A DNA stretch of 62,123 bases, filler included, from Globobulimina sp. (lineage: Eukaryota), in the NCBI GenBank assembly GCA_003354225.1. It is 18 parts of 18 records of this genome, joined end to end, with 100 filler letters (N's around TTAATTAATTAA, not from the genome) between each part and the next. Parts side by side here need not be neighbours in the genome. Positions count along the whole stretch, not along the records: positions 1 to 3,360 come from PIVH01002982.1; positions 3,461 to 6,820 come from PIVH01002983.1; positions 6,921 to 10,279 come from PIVH01002984.1; positions 10,380 to 13,738 come from PIVH01002985.1; 14 more parts are not named here. One strand, written 5' to 3'. Made by a program: the position numbers and the translations under genes. The stretch's first letter is position 1. Each line of letters starts with the position of its first letter. The notes beneath the pieces were generated by a model. That model was not told the origin of the DNA, searched no databases, and was given only the letters and a program-made list of their open reading frames with translations. Below, piece after piece: positions 1-10,764 of this stretch.

Positions 1-34
1 AAAAAAAACTCTTTTGTGTTAATTTCCTATATAA

Positions 35-202
35 GAACAGAACATTCATTCTATACTTGACAATGAGATTGACGGCGTAAAAATATGGTGGTTTGCTCTG
101 GCAGATATTGTGCATTTTAATGAAAAAGCATACCGGCATGTATATGTAAAAATGGTTAATGCCATAATGACGATATTGCAAAAATTAAGGGTAGTAAAAT
201 AA
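35..202 (+). CDS. C-terminal fragment of a possible SGNH/GDSL hydrolase
   Basis: Frame 2 reads ...WWFALADIVHFNEKAYRHVY...VVK*, resembling the SGNH block V DxxH motif. Its stop overlaps the next ATG (TAATG). The frame is closed upstream at 32. Confidence 0.3.
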   Translation, partial: EQNIHSILDNEIDGVKIWWFALADIVHFNEKAYRHVYVKMVNAIMTILQKLRVVK

Positions 203-414
203 TGACTCAAAAGAAAGGGAAAGTCGAAACAATAATTGACGCTATTTTCGGAAACAAAAGAATTTTCAAACGGGTTATGTATTCAATAGCTGGTATAGGA
301 CTTATTATTGTTGTTACATTAAATATTTCTTTCGGATGCGGTAGCAAAAAAAGCGGGTGCCACTTTGAATGGAACCCCGCCGCGAAGATTGAACATAAAA
401 GTGGTCGACCATAA
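202..414 (+). CDS. Small membrane protein (phage)
   Basis: 70 aa, one hydrophobic helix, coupled to the upstream ORF. Confidence 0.6.
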   Translation: MTQKKGKVETIIDAIFGNKRIFKRVMYSIAGIGLIIVVTLNISFGCGSKKSGCHFEWNPAAKIEHKSGRP

Positions 415-445
415 CCGCCACAAGTGAAAGAAGGAAATAAATGGA

Positions 446-733
446 ATGCAGGGAAAAGAGTTTGAAATCTATAAAGTTTTGGGCGTTATCGCTGGCGGGG
501 GTTTCGTTTTTGGGGTTTTCGTATATCGCTATATCATTTTTTCTACTGGCAAAATATTTGCACATTTAGAAAATAGCATAAAAGAAATCAAGGAAATTGT
601 AAAAGATAACGACCTTGTACATACCAAAATGGTGGACAATTTGTATAGTAAAATTGATAAAATTAACGAGACATGCAGAGACCGTGGTCAACAGATTGGT
701 GAGATAAAAGGACGAATGAATGGCAAAGATTAG
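446..733 (+). CDS. Holin-like small protein (N-terminal TM helix plus coiled coil)
   Basis: TM segment VLGVIAGGGFVFGVFVY then an amphipathic coil ending IGEIKG. AAGGA upstream. Overlaps the next gene. Confidence 0.55.
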   Translation: MQGKEFEIYKVLGVIAGGGFVFGVFVYRYIIFSTGKIFAHLENSIKEIKEIVKDNDLVHTKMVDNLYSKIDKINETCRDRGQQIGEIKGRMNGKD

Positions 734-992
734 TTTTTTAATTGTTTTATCTATTACGATAGGATGCGCGACAATACAGGGAAATAAAGAATTAACTTTT
801 AATGACTGCGTATATCAGTGCATGGTGATATCAAGAGAAAACGATATTGACAATATAACTGCTTCAAATAAGGCAAACATGTATTTAATATATCTTTGTG
901 GGGTGGCATGCAGGGAAAAGGCAACCACTGAAGAGTGGAAAAACTTTTGCGAAGGTTTTGAAATAAAACAGGATATAGAGGAGTTTATATAA
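720..992 (+). CDS. Putative Cys-rich lipoprotein
   Basis: Short signal peptide with lipobox-like TIG-C; AAAGGA SD upstream. Confidence 0.6.
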   Translation: MAKISFLIVLSITIGCATIQGNKELTFNDCVYQCMVISRENDIDNITASNKANMYLIYLCGVACREKATTEEWKNFCEGFEIKQDIEEFI

Positions 993-1309
993 TGAAAAAG
1001 ACATTGATTATAATAGCTATAACATTATCAATAATAATAGGGGCGGCGTTTATTATCGGCTGTGCGTCATGTGTCAAGTTCCCTGAAAAGCCTTATAACA
1101 AAAAGACCGGTACATGGTTAGAACCCCCGGAATGTTATGAAGCGAGAATTTGTGAATACTACCGCACCCAGCACAAAACGCGTGGGGAGTCATGCAAGGC
1201 AGAATACAATAATTGTTCAAAAGTTCGTGCCGCGATCAGGTGCATGAATGAAGGAACACAAAAGAAAATGAAAAAAGACTTTAATGATTGTTTTAATTTA
1301 TTTCGTTAA
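992..1309 (+). CDS. Putative Cys-rich lipoprotein
   Basis: MKK plus hydrophobic stretch plus IIG-C lipobox; GAGGAG SD; TAATG coupling. Confidence 0.65.
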   Translation: MKKTLIIIAITLSIIIGAAFIIGCASCVKFPEKPYNKKTGTWLEPPECYEARICEYYRTQHKTRGESCKAEYNNCSKVRAAIRCMNEGTQKKMKKDFNDCFNLFR

Positions 1310-1447
1310 TCACTTCATTAACCGCATATAGAGGAAGTCTTTCACTTCCTCATCTTTGGTTATGGAATAGGTAAGTAACACTTCTTTCTTAATTCTTTCG
1401 TTTGCGCTTCGCATTTTTAGTAATACTCTTTTGTCTTCGGTCGTCAT
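1310..1447 (-). CDS. Small hypothetical phage protein, 45 aa (not in ORF track)
   Basis: MTTEDKRVLLKMRSANERIKKEV...RLMK*, preceded by an AAAGGAG SD; abuts the convergent gene. Confidence 0.5.
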   Translation of the reverse strand: MTTEDKRVLLKMRSANERIKKEVLLTYSITKDEEVKDFLYMRLMK

Positions 1448-1558
1448 GTGTGACACTCCTTTTGCATTTTCTACATTTTATTTTTGTCGGTTGTTTCGAG
1501 TCTGAAAAGACTATAAATTCATACTCGCACTCGCATGTGTATTGATTTCTATCTGCCT

Positions 1559-3358
1559 TCATATCGAATGAAATATCCGTCTTTTTTTCTTGCCGTCGCC
1601 TTCAAGTATTTCAGACACTCTACCACCCTGTACAAGCGTGTCAATTATGTCGGCCCTGACGTACCCTTGCAGGCTTTGAGTCTTGCGGGTTATTTGTGAC
1701 ATTGATATACCGCCTTCAGCTTTTTTAATTATGCTCAATACCTTATTGACATTATGCTCTTGCTCATTCGCCGCGATATAATTCTCTACTATATATAATA
1801 GATTGTCTGATAGGTGCCTTGATAATTCAATACCGTAATTCATTTCTATTTCTGTGATTTCAGGTTTGTCCATGTCAACGCCTGACGCTACAATCAAGGC
1901 TATTTGTTCAGCAATCTGTGAAGTGCGATTGTATATATTATCGTGTTTGTGGTCTTCTCTTAATTCCTTCCTCAAATTATATATTTCAGTATCAAACTCG
2001 ATAATCATTTCCTCGGCGCCGTTTGTCATGCCGACAGCTTGCGGCATGATAGAAAGGCCACCATGTGGATTAGTCTGCTTGTCTCTCATATGCTTTAATT
2101 TATTTATCAAGTCTTCTGGTGGCGTTCCTATAAAGTTTTTACGCCGGTCCTTCGGTGGGTCTGGGTCTTCTGATTCAAACATTAAGACACGGGATAAAAA
2201 CCCGTCGTTCACATTTTCAAGAGTCAAGCCTTCATATAATACCGAAGGGACCGTCGTCCCGTATATGCATAAATTAGGATTGTCTATTTGCTGGTTTCTT
2301 TCTTTGTCGGCGTACTTTTTCCCGTAGAACATCGTATCGGCATTAGAGTACATTTTCAATAATACTGATATGATATTTGATAGGTGAGGACTTGTGCCCT
2401 TGCCGGAATTGGTCACCCGGAGAAACCGACCTATTTCGTCAAGTAGAAATATCTGTGAGGGGTTGCCGTCCATAGCGGTAACTATTGAGGCGTCACTCGC
2501 AAGGTCTTCGACTGATGCCATGGCGCCGCACCCGGCATGATGGAATAACTCTTTAATCACTTTCCGTGCTGCCTCTTTGCCGCACCCAGACTCACCAACC
2601 CCGATACAATATATGTTTGTTCTTATGCCTGTATCGGTCTGGACCTTGCGAACTGCCAGCGTTCCGAAGGCGGCAAGGGCCGCACTCAAAGATAGTATAG
2701 GCTGGTTCTTTATTGATTTAAAATTCATATACTGTACGATATCGCCTACAACTCCGGGCGGTGTGAGCAGATGTGCGGGGAAAGGTTTTTTCTCTGCGTA
2801 GTTTTTTTCCGGCTCTGGTTCGTCAATGTGACATAATACTTCCTTTGTCAGCCTCTCAGAGGCTCTGTGAGGGCTTTCCCAGCCGCTTCGCTTCGCTTCG
2901 AAGAAAATTGACGCTACCGATATGTCAGAGGGCTTGAAAGTGGCCCATTTCTTTGATTGGTCGATAGGCTCGAACTTTTCGCTTTTCTGACTCCATTCGT
3001 CCCATATCCCCCGCGCGGCCTTGTCCCCGGTACTCTTTAGGCACATCCCCACCCGCACCCACATATCACGGTCATCTGAATCGACGTAGTTAAGCGCTGA
3101 TCTGATCTCTGCTCGCTCATCCTCGTCAATTGTAGAGTGGCCCTTTCCGTTTCCGTTGCCATTTGATGGGGTTGGCTTTTTGAAATTTTCTATCCAATAC
3201 GGTAGAGGAGCGCACTTTGCCAGTAAATAATCGATATTGTTATCTATCGCATAGTAATTTTTATCGTCTGGCGCTATGACATACCCACCGTTTGCCCGAA
3301 TATCGATAGGGATGTCTTTTTTAAAAAATTCTGAATACGATGAAAGGTTGGTGTGTTC
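1559..3358 (-). CDS. Prim-Pol + PriCT-2 + DUF3987 primase-helicase (5' truncated)
   Basis: Frame is open from the contig end. It contains IDIRANGGYVIAP (Prim-Pol), RDMWVRVGMCLK...WDEWSQKSEKF (PriCT-2), Walker A GESGCGKE and Walker B FLLDEIG. Confidence 0.88.
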   Translation of the reverse strand, partial: EHTNLSSYSEFFKKDIPIDIRANGGYVIAPDDKNYYAIDNNIDYLLAKCAPLPYWIENFKKPTPSNGNGNGKGHSTIDEDERAEIRSALNYVDSDDRDMWVRVGMCLKSTGDKAARGIWDEWSQKSEKFEPIDQSKKWATFKPSDISVASIFFEAKRSGWESPHRASERLTKEVLCHIDEPEPEKNYAEKKPFPAHLLTPPGVVGDIVQYMNFKSIKNQPILSLSAALAAFGTLAVRKVQTDTGIRTNIYCIGVGESGCGKEAARKVIKELFHHAGCGAMASVEDLASDASIVTAMDGNPSQIFLLDEIGRFLRVTNSGKGTSPHLSNIISVLLKMYSNADTMFYGKKYADKERNQQIDNPNLCIYGTTVPSVLYEGLTLENVNDGFLSRVLMFESEDPDPPKDRRKNFIGTPPEDLINKLKHMRDKQTNPHGGLSIMPQAVGMTNGAEEMIIEFDTEIYNLRKELREDHKHDNIYNRTSQIAEQIALIVASGVDMDKPEITEIEMNYGIELSRHLSDNLLYIVENYIAANEQEHNVNKVLSIIKKAEGGISMSQITRKTQSLQGYVRADIIDTLVQGGRVSEILEGDGKKKRRIFHSI

Positions 3359-3360
3359 TA

Positions 3361-3460
3361 NNNNNNNNNNNNNNNNNNNNNNNNNNNNNNNNNNNNNNNN
3401 NNNNTTAATTAATTAANNNNNNNNNNNNNNNNNNNNNNNNNNNNNNNNNNNNNNNNNNNN
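3361..3460. other. Artificial contig-joining spacer (first of 17)
   Basis: N44-TTAATTAATTAA-N44, stops in all six frames. Also at 6821, 10280, 13739, 17198, 20656, 24114, 27571, 31028, 34485, 37941, 41397, 44853, 48309, 51764, 55218 and 58672. Contig lengths fall from 3360 to about 3352, so the contigs are size-sorted. Confidence 0.99.
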
Positions 3461-3540
3461 AATGAAATTGCATGCTGATATATTGATATATATATGTACA
3501 TACTAAAAAAAAATAGATAAAACACAGACAAACAAATTAA

Positions 3541-3984
3541 TCATTTGAAGAAACATCCAAACATATCACAATCCCATGAAGTACAATAGTTTCGTTGCGG
3601 GTCATCATTTATTCCAATAACATCGCATTGCGCAGATAAATAATTATTGTCATTCATCCCTAGGCCTCCGGATGCATACTGTTGCTGTTCAATATATGTG
3701 CTTTGTGGATTTTGATATGTTCTGTGACATTGAGAATATATTGGATTTATTGATCCATTCTGAGAAGTATATATTGCCCGAATTGAGGTATTTTGAGCTA
3801 ACATATCAAACTGCTCTTGAGTTAATTTTCTATTATTTTCCATTTCTAAAATATAATAGAACTTTTTTTTTCTGATTGGTGTTGGTAAAAACCGATTGAT
3901 TGGAGTTGGTACAAACTGTTGCTGAGAATTAATATTTGGTCGAGGTGACTGCGAAAACATTATGTTATCATTACGATAAAGCAC
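3541..3984 (-). CDS. Hypothetical Q/N-rich protein
   Basis: 147-aa ORF only; no motif recognised. Confidence 0.35.
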   Translation of the reverse strand: MLYRNDNIMFSQSPRPNINSQQQFVPTPINRFLPTPIRKKKFYYILEMENNRKLTQEQFDMLAQNTSIRAIYTSQNGSINPIYSQCHRTYQNPQSTYIEQQQYASGGLGMNDNNYLSAQCDVIGINDDPQRNYCTSWDCDMFGCFFK

Positions 3985-4016
3985 ACAGTATTTATATTTT
4001 CTATATTTATCATCTC

Positions 4017-4802
4017 TTAATGTTGTACCCCATAATCGCGCATAATCAGTATTTGATTGTTCCTAAAATATATGTACAGAGTGGTTGAGAGCACATTAAT
4101 TATAAAAAAAACAGAAACAACTCGCCAAACTTTTTGTTTTGTCGAGAGTTTCCATGGATGTCCATGCTCTTCGCCACTTGAAATGAACCAGTTTTTCAAC
4201 AAAGGTGCTTTGAATGATGCTTCAAAAATTAATGGATTCGCTTTTGATTTTTTAAATGATACTTGTGAGTATAAAATATCGCATAAAAATATAAAATACA
4301 GTGCATGATATGCTTCATATGCTGCATTTTGTCCTTTAGCCAATGTTTGGCAAAAAGATGGTAAGATATCGTTGAATATGCACCAAAAAAATAAATCTCC
4401 GTACCATTTACTTTTCTGTCTATTCCACCAATTATCGGCAGTACGCCAATATTTTGAAAATTGTTTTTTAGGTTCATTGCATTGTAATATACTCACACCT
4501 TCATAGTCATTGATTATTTCATTCATTTTACGTAAAGCATTGTTAATAATTGTTGCGGATATACGGAATTTTGGAGGATTGGGTGTGATTTGAATAGTGT
4601 TTTCTTCCATTATTTTGCGAGCTGAACTGTTTATACAACTTTCCAAAACATCTCGTCGTTTTAATAGGTTTTGTTGCAGTTTGGATTTTAATTTCTCAAT
4701 GCTTGCAACTTTCCATTTGCTATAATTCTGTTCTTCTTCTTCCAGTTCCACAGATTCGTTGGTTGAATCATATTCCATCGTTGCTCGTTTATATATTATC
4801 AA
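4017..4802 (-). CDS. Hypothetical protein with C-terminal TM helix
   Basis: 261-aa ORF in AT-rich DNA. Confidence 0.55.
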   Translation of the reverse strand: MIIYKRATMEYDSTNESVELEEEEQNYSKWKVASIEKLKSKLQQNLLKRRDVLESCINSSARKIMEENTIQITPNPPKFRISATIINNALRKMNEIINDYEGVSILQCNEPKKQFSKYWRTADNWWNRQKSKWYGDLFFWCIFNDILPSFCQTLAKGQNAAYEAYHALYFIFLCDILYSQVSFKKSKANPLIFEASFKAPLLKNWFISSGEEHGHPWKLSTKQKVWRVVSVFFIINVLSTTLYIYFRNNQILIMRDYGVQH

Positions 4803-4967
4803 AGCAGTTCAGAGCAGTTAAAAGCACAAAGCACATGAAATTGTTAGAAGTAAACTTTTTTTAAATAAAGATGTTTCAAATGTTCTTGAACTATGACGCT
4901 TGGACTATTGTATTTTTTTGCACTAAAAAATGAGATCTCTCACATATCGATCTAAAAAGAGTCAGTT

Positions 4968-6317
4968 TTATTGAACAATGTCTTTGAGATTATTTAATAA
5001 TATCAATTGATCCTCTTTGGATAACTGCAATATATTTTGTGTAATTTGATTTATTCCCATGATAGAAACAGCAACAAATGACTGTCTATAAACGTACACA
5101 AATACGCACATTAATATTTGACAATCCATCCGATCCGCGATTCCACCATGTCCAAAACCCACCGATTGACTAAAATCTTTTAACTTAAATGCTCGCTTAA
5201 ACCCCGATGCAAAAAAGCCACCAAAGGGACCAATGAGTGATGCATACAATGCAAATATAACCGAATGTATCTGAAACGGCGATACATTAAAACCAAACAT
5301 ATCTTTCCTGATAAACACCTCCGAAACATTACACGTTGGATATTCAAAAGCAAATCCATGTTTGGGGCAAATAAAAAACTGATAATCACTCAAAATCGAT
5401 GCAAATCCAAACGTAATTAATATCGTAAAAAAACATGCTCCAATGGCTCCCTCCCAAGTTTTATTTGGCGACAACTTTATCAACGGAGTGGAGATAAACC
5501 TTTTGCCCAAAGCTCTGCCACACATAAAAGCCATAATGTCGTTGGTCACGATGGCCGCTGCGGGCACAAAAAACCAAACTATCCCATCCATAATATTCCG
5601 CATCACAAAAGTTGATTGAACCACAACAATGATTATGATGGCCATGCACCAGCCCAATTGCTTAAATTGATATTTATAAAAACCTTTTTTTAACGACAAT
5701 ACAAACGATATGATACCAACAATAATCAGCATAAATGTGATGAATCCGTGATGTCGGAATATAAACTCCATCAAAGCATTCCTGCCAAAAAATATGCCAA
5801 TCAGTAAATGTTCCATTAACAACTGGCCATATAAGAAAAATATGGATGTTAGAAAAAAATGCCAATGTAACAGATAAAAGCCTGGCAATTGTTTCTCCAT
5901 TCTTGGTTTTGAACCTATGTTGAAGCAATTCAGTCAGTGCAAGGATGTCATGATAGTTCAGGCAGACATACCTAATGCGGCTATTTCACGGAAGCCCAAT
6001 GCTTGGAATAAGCTTACAAGTAAACACAATGCAGTATGCCCAAAGTAAACAATGACACAAAATCCAAATATCATAGTCCAAGTGGAATAGAATCTTTTCC
6101 AGTATTTTTGTTTTTTGGTTAATTTGTTTTGTTGTGCTAATACGGCTTGTCTTTGTGCCATAACTGCGTCGCGATCGGGTGTGTCTAAGGAGTCTGTTGA
6201 ATCGGTCGAGTAATATTCTTCTGGAGCTGCTGGACTTCTTGTGTTTCTTTGACGTAGTTGGTTTATATCGGGAGCCTCACGTTGTTTCATTGCATAAAAA
6301 ACATCCGGCAGATTCAT
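4968..6317 (-). CDS. CDS1: Phosphatidate cytidylyltransferase (CDP-DAG synthase), 2 exons
   Basis: Motifs LSPNKTWEG, GGFFASGFKRAFKLKDF and GHGGIADRMDCQ. A 57-nt GTATGT..ATAG intron at 5915-5971 joins the two ORFs. Confidence 0.93.
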
Positions 6318-6972
6318 GCTGTTAATCTAGTTTCTGGATTACGTGTTGTCAGAATGTTATATTAATGTCTGATGTAAAGTAAAAAGTTTTTTCTTAAAAT
6401 TTTTTGATAGAAGCTGATTTTGTAGGACTACCATAAAAAAAATGCTCGGAATAACACAAAAACAAAACGTAAAATATTTGTAAAATAATACAGTGTAATA
6501 ATGCAATGGAAATACGTATTGGTAATATATATTTTTCTGTGGTTTATTATTGTTATTATAATAGTTTTATATTCTTCTTTTTGTTGCTTCAGGTTCCGGT
6601 TTTATTATCAGATTTTTCTCTACACAGTCACCTTCACCTTGGCCTCGACCAACCTCTTCCTCACAATCAGTGTCTTCGCATTCATTCTCATTTATTGTCT
6701 CCATATGAGCCACATTTAACTTCTTAACATTATGCATTCTTTTCCTTTTTATATTTTGCTTCTTTTTCCTTGTTTTGTATTTAAAATAAATGCAACTCGC
6801 AGCAATACAAAGCAATATAANNNNNNNNNNNNNNNNNNNNNNNNNNNNNNNNNNNNNNNNNNNNTTAATTAATTAANNNNNNNNNNNNNNNNNNNNNNNN
6901 NNNNNNNNNNNNNNNNNNNNAGATGCTTTTTTAATAAACCAGTTAAGTAAACATTTAACAAAGCTATATTAT

Positions 6973-9240
6973 ATGGCTCTGACTGGTCTGGTATTTGGTG
7001 CATCATATTTGGTAAACTATATTGCAAATACAGTCAATGAGAGCAATGCGAAGATTAAAAATGTGAATGTTATTGTGATTCCAAAGAATATTCAATCATC
7101 AATGGATAACGCAGTATTTTATGAAAGGGCTTTTCCAGATTTTGCTGCCATTGATGGAGTGGCAAAAATTGAAATAGCCGGTAATTGCGACAGAGAAACG
7201 ATTTACAATGAAGTTAAAAACATGTACGATGAGCAGAAAATTGATGAAAATAATAAAATAACCATCATTGTGGATAGGCGAGAAAATGAAAGCGTTGTTG
7301 TGGATGAACAGAAAGTAGAAGATTCAATATATTTTTATTCAACTGCAAGCTGGGAACAATTCGAAGTCTTATTTAGAAATTATTGCTTATCATTTACGTT
7401 TCATCTGAATAACGAAGCAGTTGTTTGTTATTTATGGTGGGCGATATATCAAAAAGGTATGTTTTTTTACCATATACACTGTTTTTCGGTGGTGAGCTTT
7501 GAGATTCAATCAGGAATCCTGAAATATGTTAAAATAATATAACATATTTCAGACAATCAAGGAAAAAATAAGAAAACAAAACTTATGAAATTAACATAAA
7601 AAAACACACAGTCCGTTTTTTCCCAGATATGATTGTGAGTGTTATTCCACATTTATTTAATAAGAAACCATTTGCAGGAAAACAATATGAACGAATTAAA
7701 TTAATATATAACAATGCGTTCAAAAACGGCTTTGGCCTAAATCTCGAAGATAATGAATTCGACGCATTGTATAAACAATTAACAGAATATACGCATATTT
7801 GCAATAATTATGATCGTAAATGGATTGCAAAGAACCAAAGCAATGATAACAAAAATGAATTAAAAAAGCAATGCGATGAAAACAGTGAACTGAATCAATG
7901 TCCATATATTAGCGATATCATACAAATACTGAAACTGCATAAAGACGACAACCGTTTAATTAACGAGAAAATATTAAATGGGTTACAACTAAATTACGAT
8001 CATATCATTCGAGCGCATGGATTGTTTATAAATCAAAACAAAAAATCTCAAATCACAAAATATATTATTGGACAAATGAACGACGGTCGTTATTGTGAAT
8101 ACGGCGCAAAATGTCCCTTTATGTTGGAACATATAAATACCAAAAAAGAAAAAATATATCACGACGGCGGTATTGATTCATTGTTTGGCTTTTTACAACA
8201 AAATGGGTTAAATACATATGAATCGAACCAAATAAGATTATGGTGTATGAGCGAGGAATTTGATTCAGATGCACTTCGACATGATTTACAAGGCAATATT
8301 AATAGGTTTGAATCAAATTTATATCAACATTTACAGAATCAACAGGTCAGTGAACAGGATGCTCAACATTTTATTAAATTGATTAAACAACACATGAATA
8401 TTGCAAATATAAATGATGTTAACATGGAATCATTATTTGAATTTTTACAATATAATGGTGTACAGAAATCGGTGATGAATAAATTGGAACAATGGTGCAT
8501 GGACAATGAGTATGATACAGACTGTGTCTTTGGTGATGTAGCGGATGATATGAAGGAATCCAATTTATTTATGGGGCCATTGCAGCATGAAAAGCATATA
8601 TTTCATTTAATAAAAATTGAGGTCTCACAATCTACAGAGGTTGATAGCGAAGATATTATCGCAAAAAGAACATTTAACTCCATTCATACATATTTGTTAC
8701 ATTCAGGAGATGAGTTATATCGAACCAAGAACAGGTTAATTAACTCACGACTCAGATTTGCGACTGAAGTGCAGATAAATGATGATGATGACAATAATAA
8801 TTCCGGAAAAAAGGAAATTTATCAGATTGATTTTGGAAAAAATGTATTAAAATGGTTGTCGTACGGCGAACGGCCAACATTTGATAATTTTCGAGATGAA
8901 ATCATTTTTAATCCGTTATCAACCATTGATGAAACATCATATTTGCGATATGAGAGAGAATGTGCCTCGTTGTGTAACTCTATTAATATTGATATAGAAT
9001 TACAAGAAATGATGGCACTCAAATTATATACGGACACAACGCAGTATCAATCCGCACTTAGACGTGCATTTTGGTCCAATATCGATCAGCAACAAAAACG
9101 GAATTTCTATCAGTGGGCCATTACTCTTTATCGCACTTTCCAAAGATTCTCCATTCCAACTTATACAAAGAAGCTCTATCATGGATTAAATGCGGTTTTT
9201 GTCATTGAATCGTCCATTCCTCAGTATAATGGAATTTTTT
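6973..9240 (+). CDS. ADP-ribosyltransferase-like protein (paralogue 1), 3' end lost at a chimeric junction
   Basis: Intron 7457-7611 joins the ORFs in phase (QK|VRFFPDMI). Motifs ALKLYTD, LYHG and FSTS. After about 9230 the sequence is antisense bacterial Nudix, so the ExE motif is missing. Confidence 0.7.
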
Positions 9241-9664
9241 CCACCTCCAAAAACTCATCTGCATCAGGGTCAAGGGGATCAAAGTGTAAATCTGTTGCCA
9301 AAAAGACGGTCATCAACTCAGTTGAATAGCCTGGGGCAAGATAGAATTTGCCTAATTCTTCCAGCTTGCCTGCGGCCATCCCCGTTTCCTCACGGATTTC
9401 TCGCGCAGCGCAGAGAGCAGGTTCCTCGTTTGGTTCCAACGTCCCTGCAGGGAGTTCGAGAAGATCCTCCACTGCTGCATGACGGTATTGGCGCACGAGC
9501 AATAGATTTCCGTCGCTGTCAATGGGTAAGATAACAACCGAGCCGTGATGCTCTACAATGTCGAATTTTGTCGTTCTGCCATCAGGGGTGCGTAAATTGT
9601 CGCGTCGAATGGTGAAAACACGTCCCTTGAAAAGAACTTCTGAATCGATTAGTTTAAATTTCAT
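9221..9664 (-). CDS. nudF: Bacterial Nudix hydrolase, ADP-ribose pyrophosphatase-like (3' truncated)
   Basis: Nudix box GTLEPNEEPALCAAREIREETG; motifs LLVRQYR, LELPAG and YLAPGYSTE; GGAG SD before ATG 9664. Confidence 0.88.
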   Translation of the reverse strand: MKFKLIDSEVLFKGRVFTIRRDNLRTPDGRTTKFDIVEHHGSVVILPIDSDGNLLLVRQYRHAAVEDLLELPAGTLEPNEEPALCAAREIREETGMAAGKLEELGKFYLAPGYSTELMTVFLATDLHFDPLDPDADEFLEVEKIPLY

Positions 9665-9678
9665 TTTTGGCTCCAGAC

Positions 9679-9725
9679 ATAGAAACACCCAAGAGAAGAA
9701 AAGTTCTTCTCTTGGGTGTTTCTAT
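9679..9725. terminator. Perfect 22-bp inverted repeat, terminator-like hairpin
   Basis: ATAGAAACACCCAAGAGAAGAA-AAG-TTCTTCTCTTGGGTGTTTCTAT, just downstream of the LysM gene stop. Confidence 0.75.
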
Positions 9726-9741
9726 TATCATAAAAAGAAAG

Positions 9742-10278
9742 TTACGGGATTTGAAGCGTTGTTCCTGCTGTGATGTTATCAGGATTAGGAATGGTGTTGG
9801 CGCTTATAATCGCAGAGGGATCAACATCGCCAAAATAGCAGGCTACACCATAAACAGTGGTGTTTTGTGGAACAACATAATTCACAGGATGGGCATTTCG
9901 CGCTCGTGGGGGTGGGAAGGCCGCTCCGCTCTGAGGGATGCTAAGAGTAACCCCCGGCTGATAGGTTTGTGCCTGGGCTGATGTAAGATTATTCAGAGCA
10001 AGTAATTCTCCGGGATCAACATTAAAGCGACGGGCAATACACCAAGGGAATTCACCTTTTTTAAGAGTATAGCTGGCAGGTTTTCCAACAATTGAAGTAG
10101 GTTGAGCGGCAACAGCTGTAGTTGCTATGACCGGCAATGTGCTAGTTGCCGTGGCAGGGTCAGGAGTTTCTGTGGGAGATCCGGTACCGGCCCCTGTTTC
10201 AGGTGTAGCGGTTTCTCCCACAGTTGGGTCTGCTGGAGCGCCAGAAGCTACTGCCAAAGCAGTGGCTGTTTGTGCGCC
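9742..10278 (-). CDS. Bacterial tandem LysM peptidoglycan-binding protein (5' truncated)
   Basis: Two LysM repeats (YTLKKGEFPWCIARRFNV..., YVVPQNTTVYGVACYFG...ITAGTTLQIP) after a T/P/A-rich linker, a style typical of Anaerolineae. Confidence 0.85.
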   Translation of the reverse strand, partial: GAQTATALAVASGAPADPTVGETATPETGAGTGSPTETPDPATATSTLPVIATTAVAAQPTSIVGKPASYTLKKGEFPWCIARRFNVDPGELLALNNLTSAQAQTYQPGVTLSIPQSGAAFPPPRARNAHPVNYVVPQNTTVYGVACYFGDVDPSAIISANTIPNPDNITAGTTLQIP

Positions 10279-10764
10279 ANNNNNNNNNNNNNNNNNNNNN
10301 NNNNNNNNNNNNNNNNNNNNNNNTTAATTAATTAANNNNNNNNNNNNNNNNNNNNNNNNNNNNNNNNNNNNNNNNNNNNCCAATCTAAAAGACAAGTGTA
10401 GACATTGGAGACATGAAATGTAACGGTCTCGAAAATCACTTAGTTGGCCAAAGTCAATTTAAACAATGGGTTCTGATTTGGCAAAGTAAATTAATGTATT
10501 ACAGTGGAATTCGAACTCATCGTAAATACGATATTTTTAGTAAAATAATAATTAGGAAAAAAATACATGCACTTTAATTTGAAACAGCAATATCTAAATG
10601 TGGTTTGTTGTCTTTTTCAAATTGATATGACACAACATATCCTGTTTCCATTTTCATTTTATCCAATTCATTTTGTAAATGTGCTACATCCACTTTATCA
10701 CATAAACCACCATAAGATATCTTAAAACACCACTTATTAATTTTTAACAGACTCAATTTATTAA

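Larger units (their letters stand above)
1..3360. mobile_element. Phage/prophage or phage-plasmid fragment
   Basis: Intronless, overlapping small ORFs with SD-like motifs. Holin-like and lipoprotein genes on + converge with a Prim-Pol primase-helicase on -. Composition differs from the eukaryotic contigs. Confidence 0.7.

Noticed and set aside
1854-2801. Plus-strand ORFs 1854-2327 and 2577-2801
   Set aside because: Antisense shadows of the primase-helicase gene.
9221-9688. ART/Nudix toxin-antitoxin-like overlapping gene pair
   Set aside because: Both genes are truncated at the junction and come from different domains of life; a chimera is the simpler explanation.
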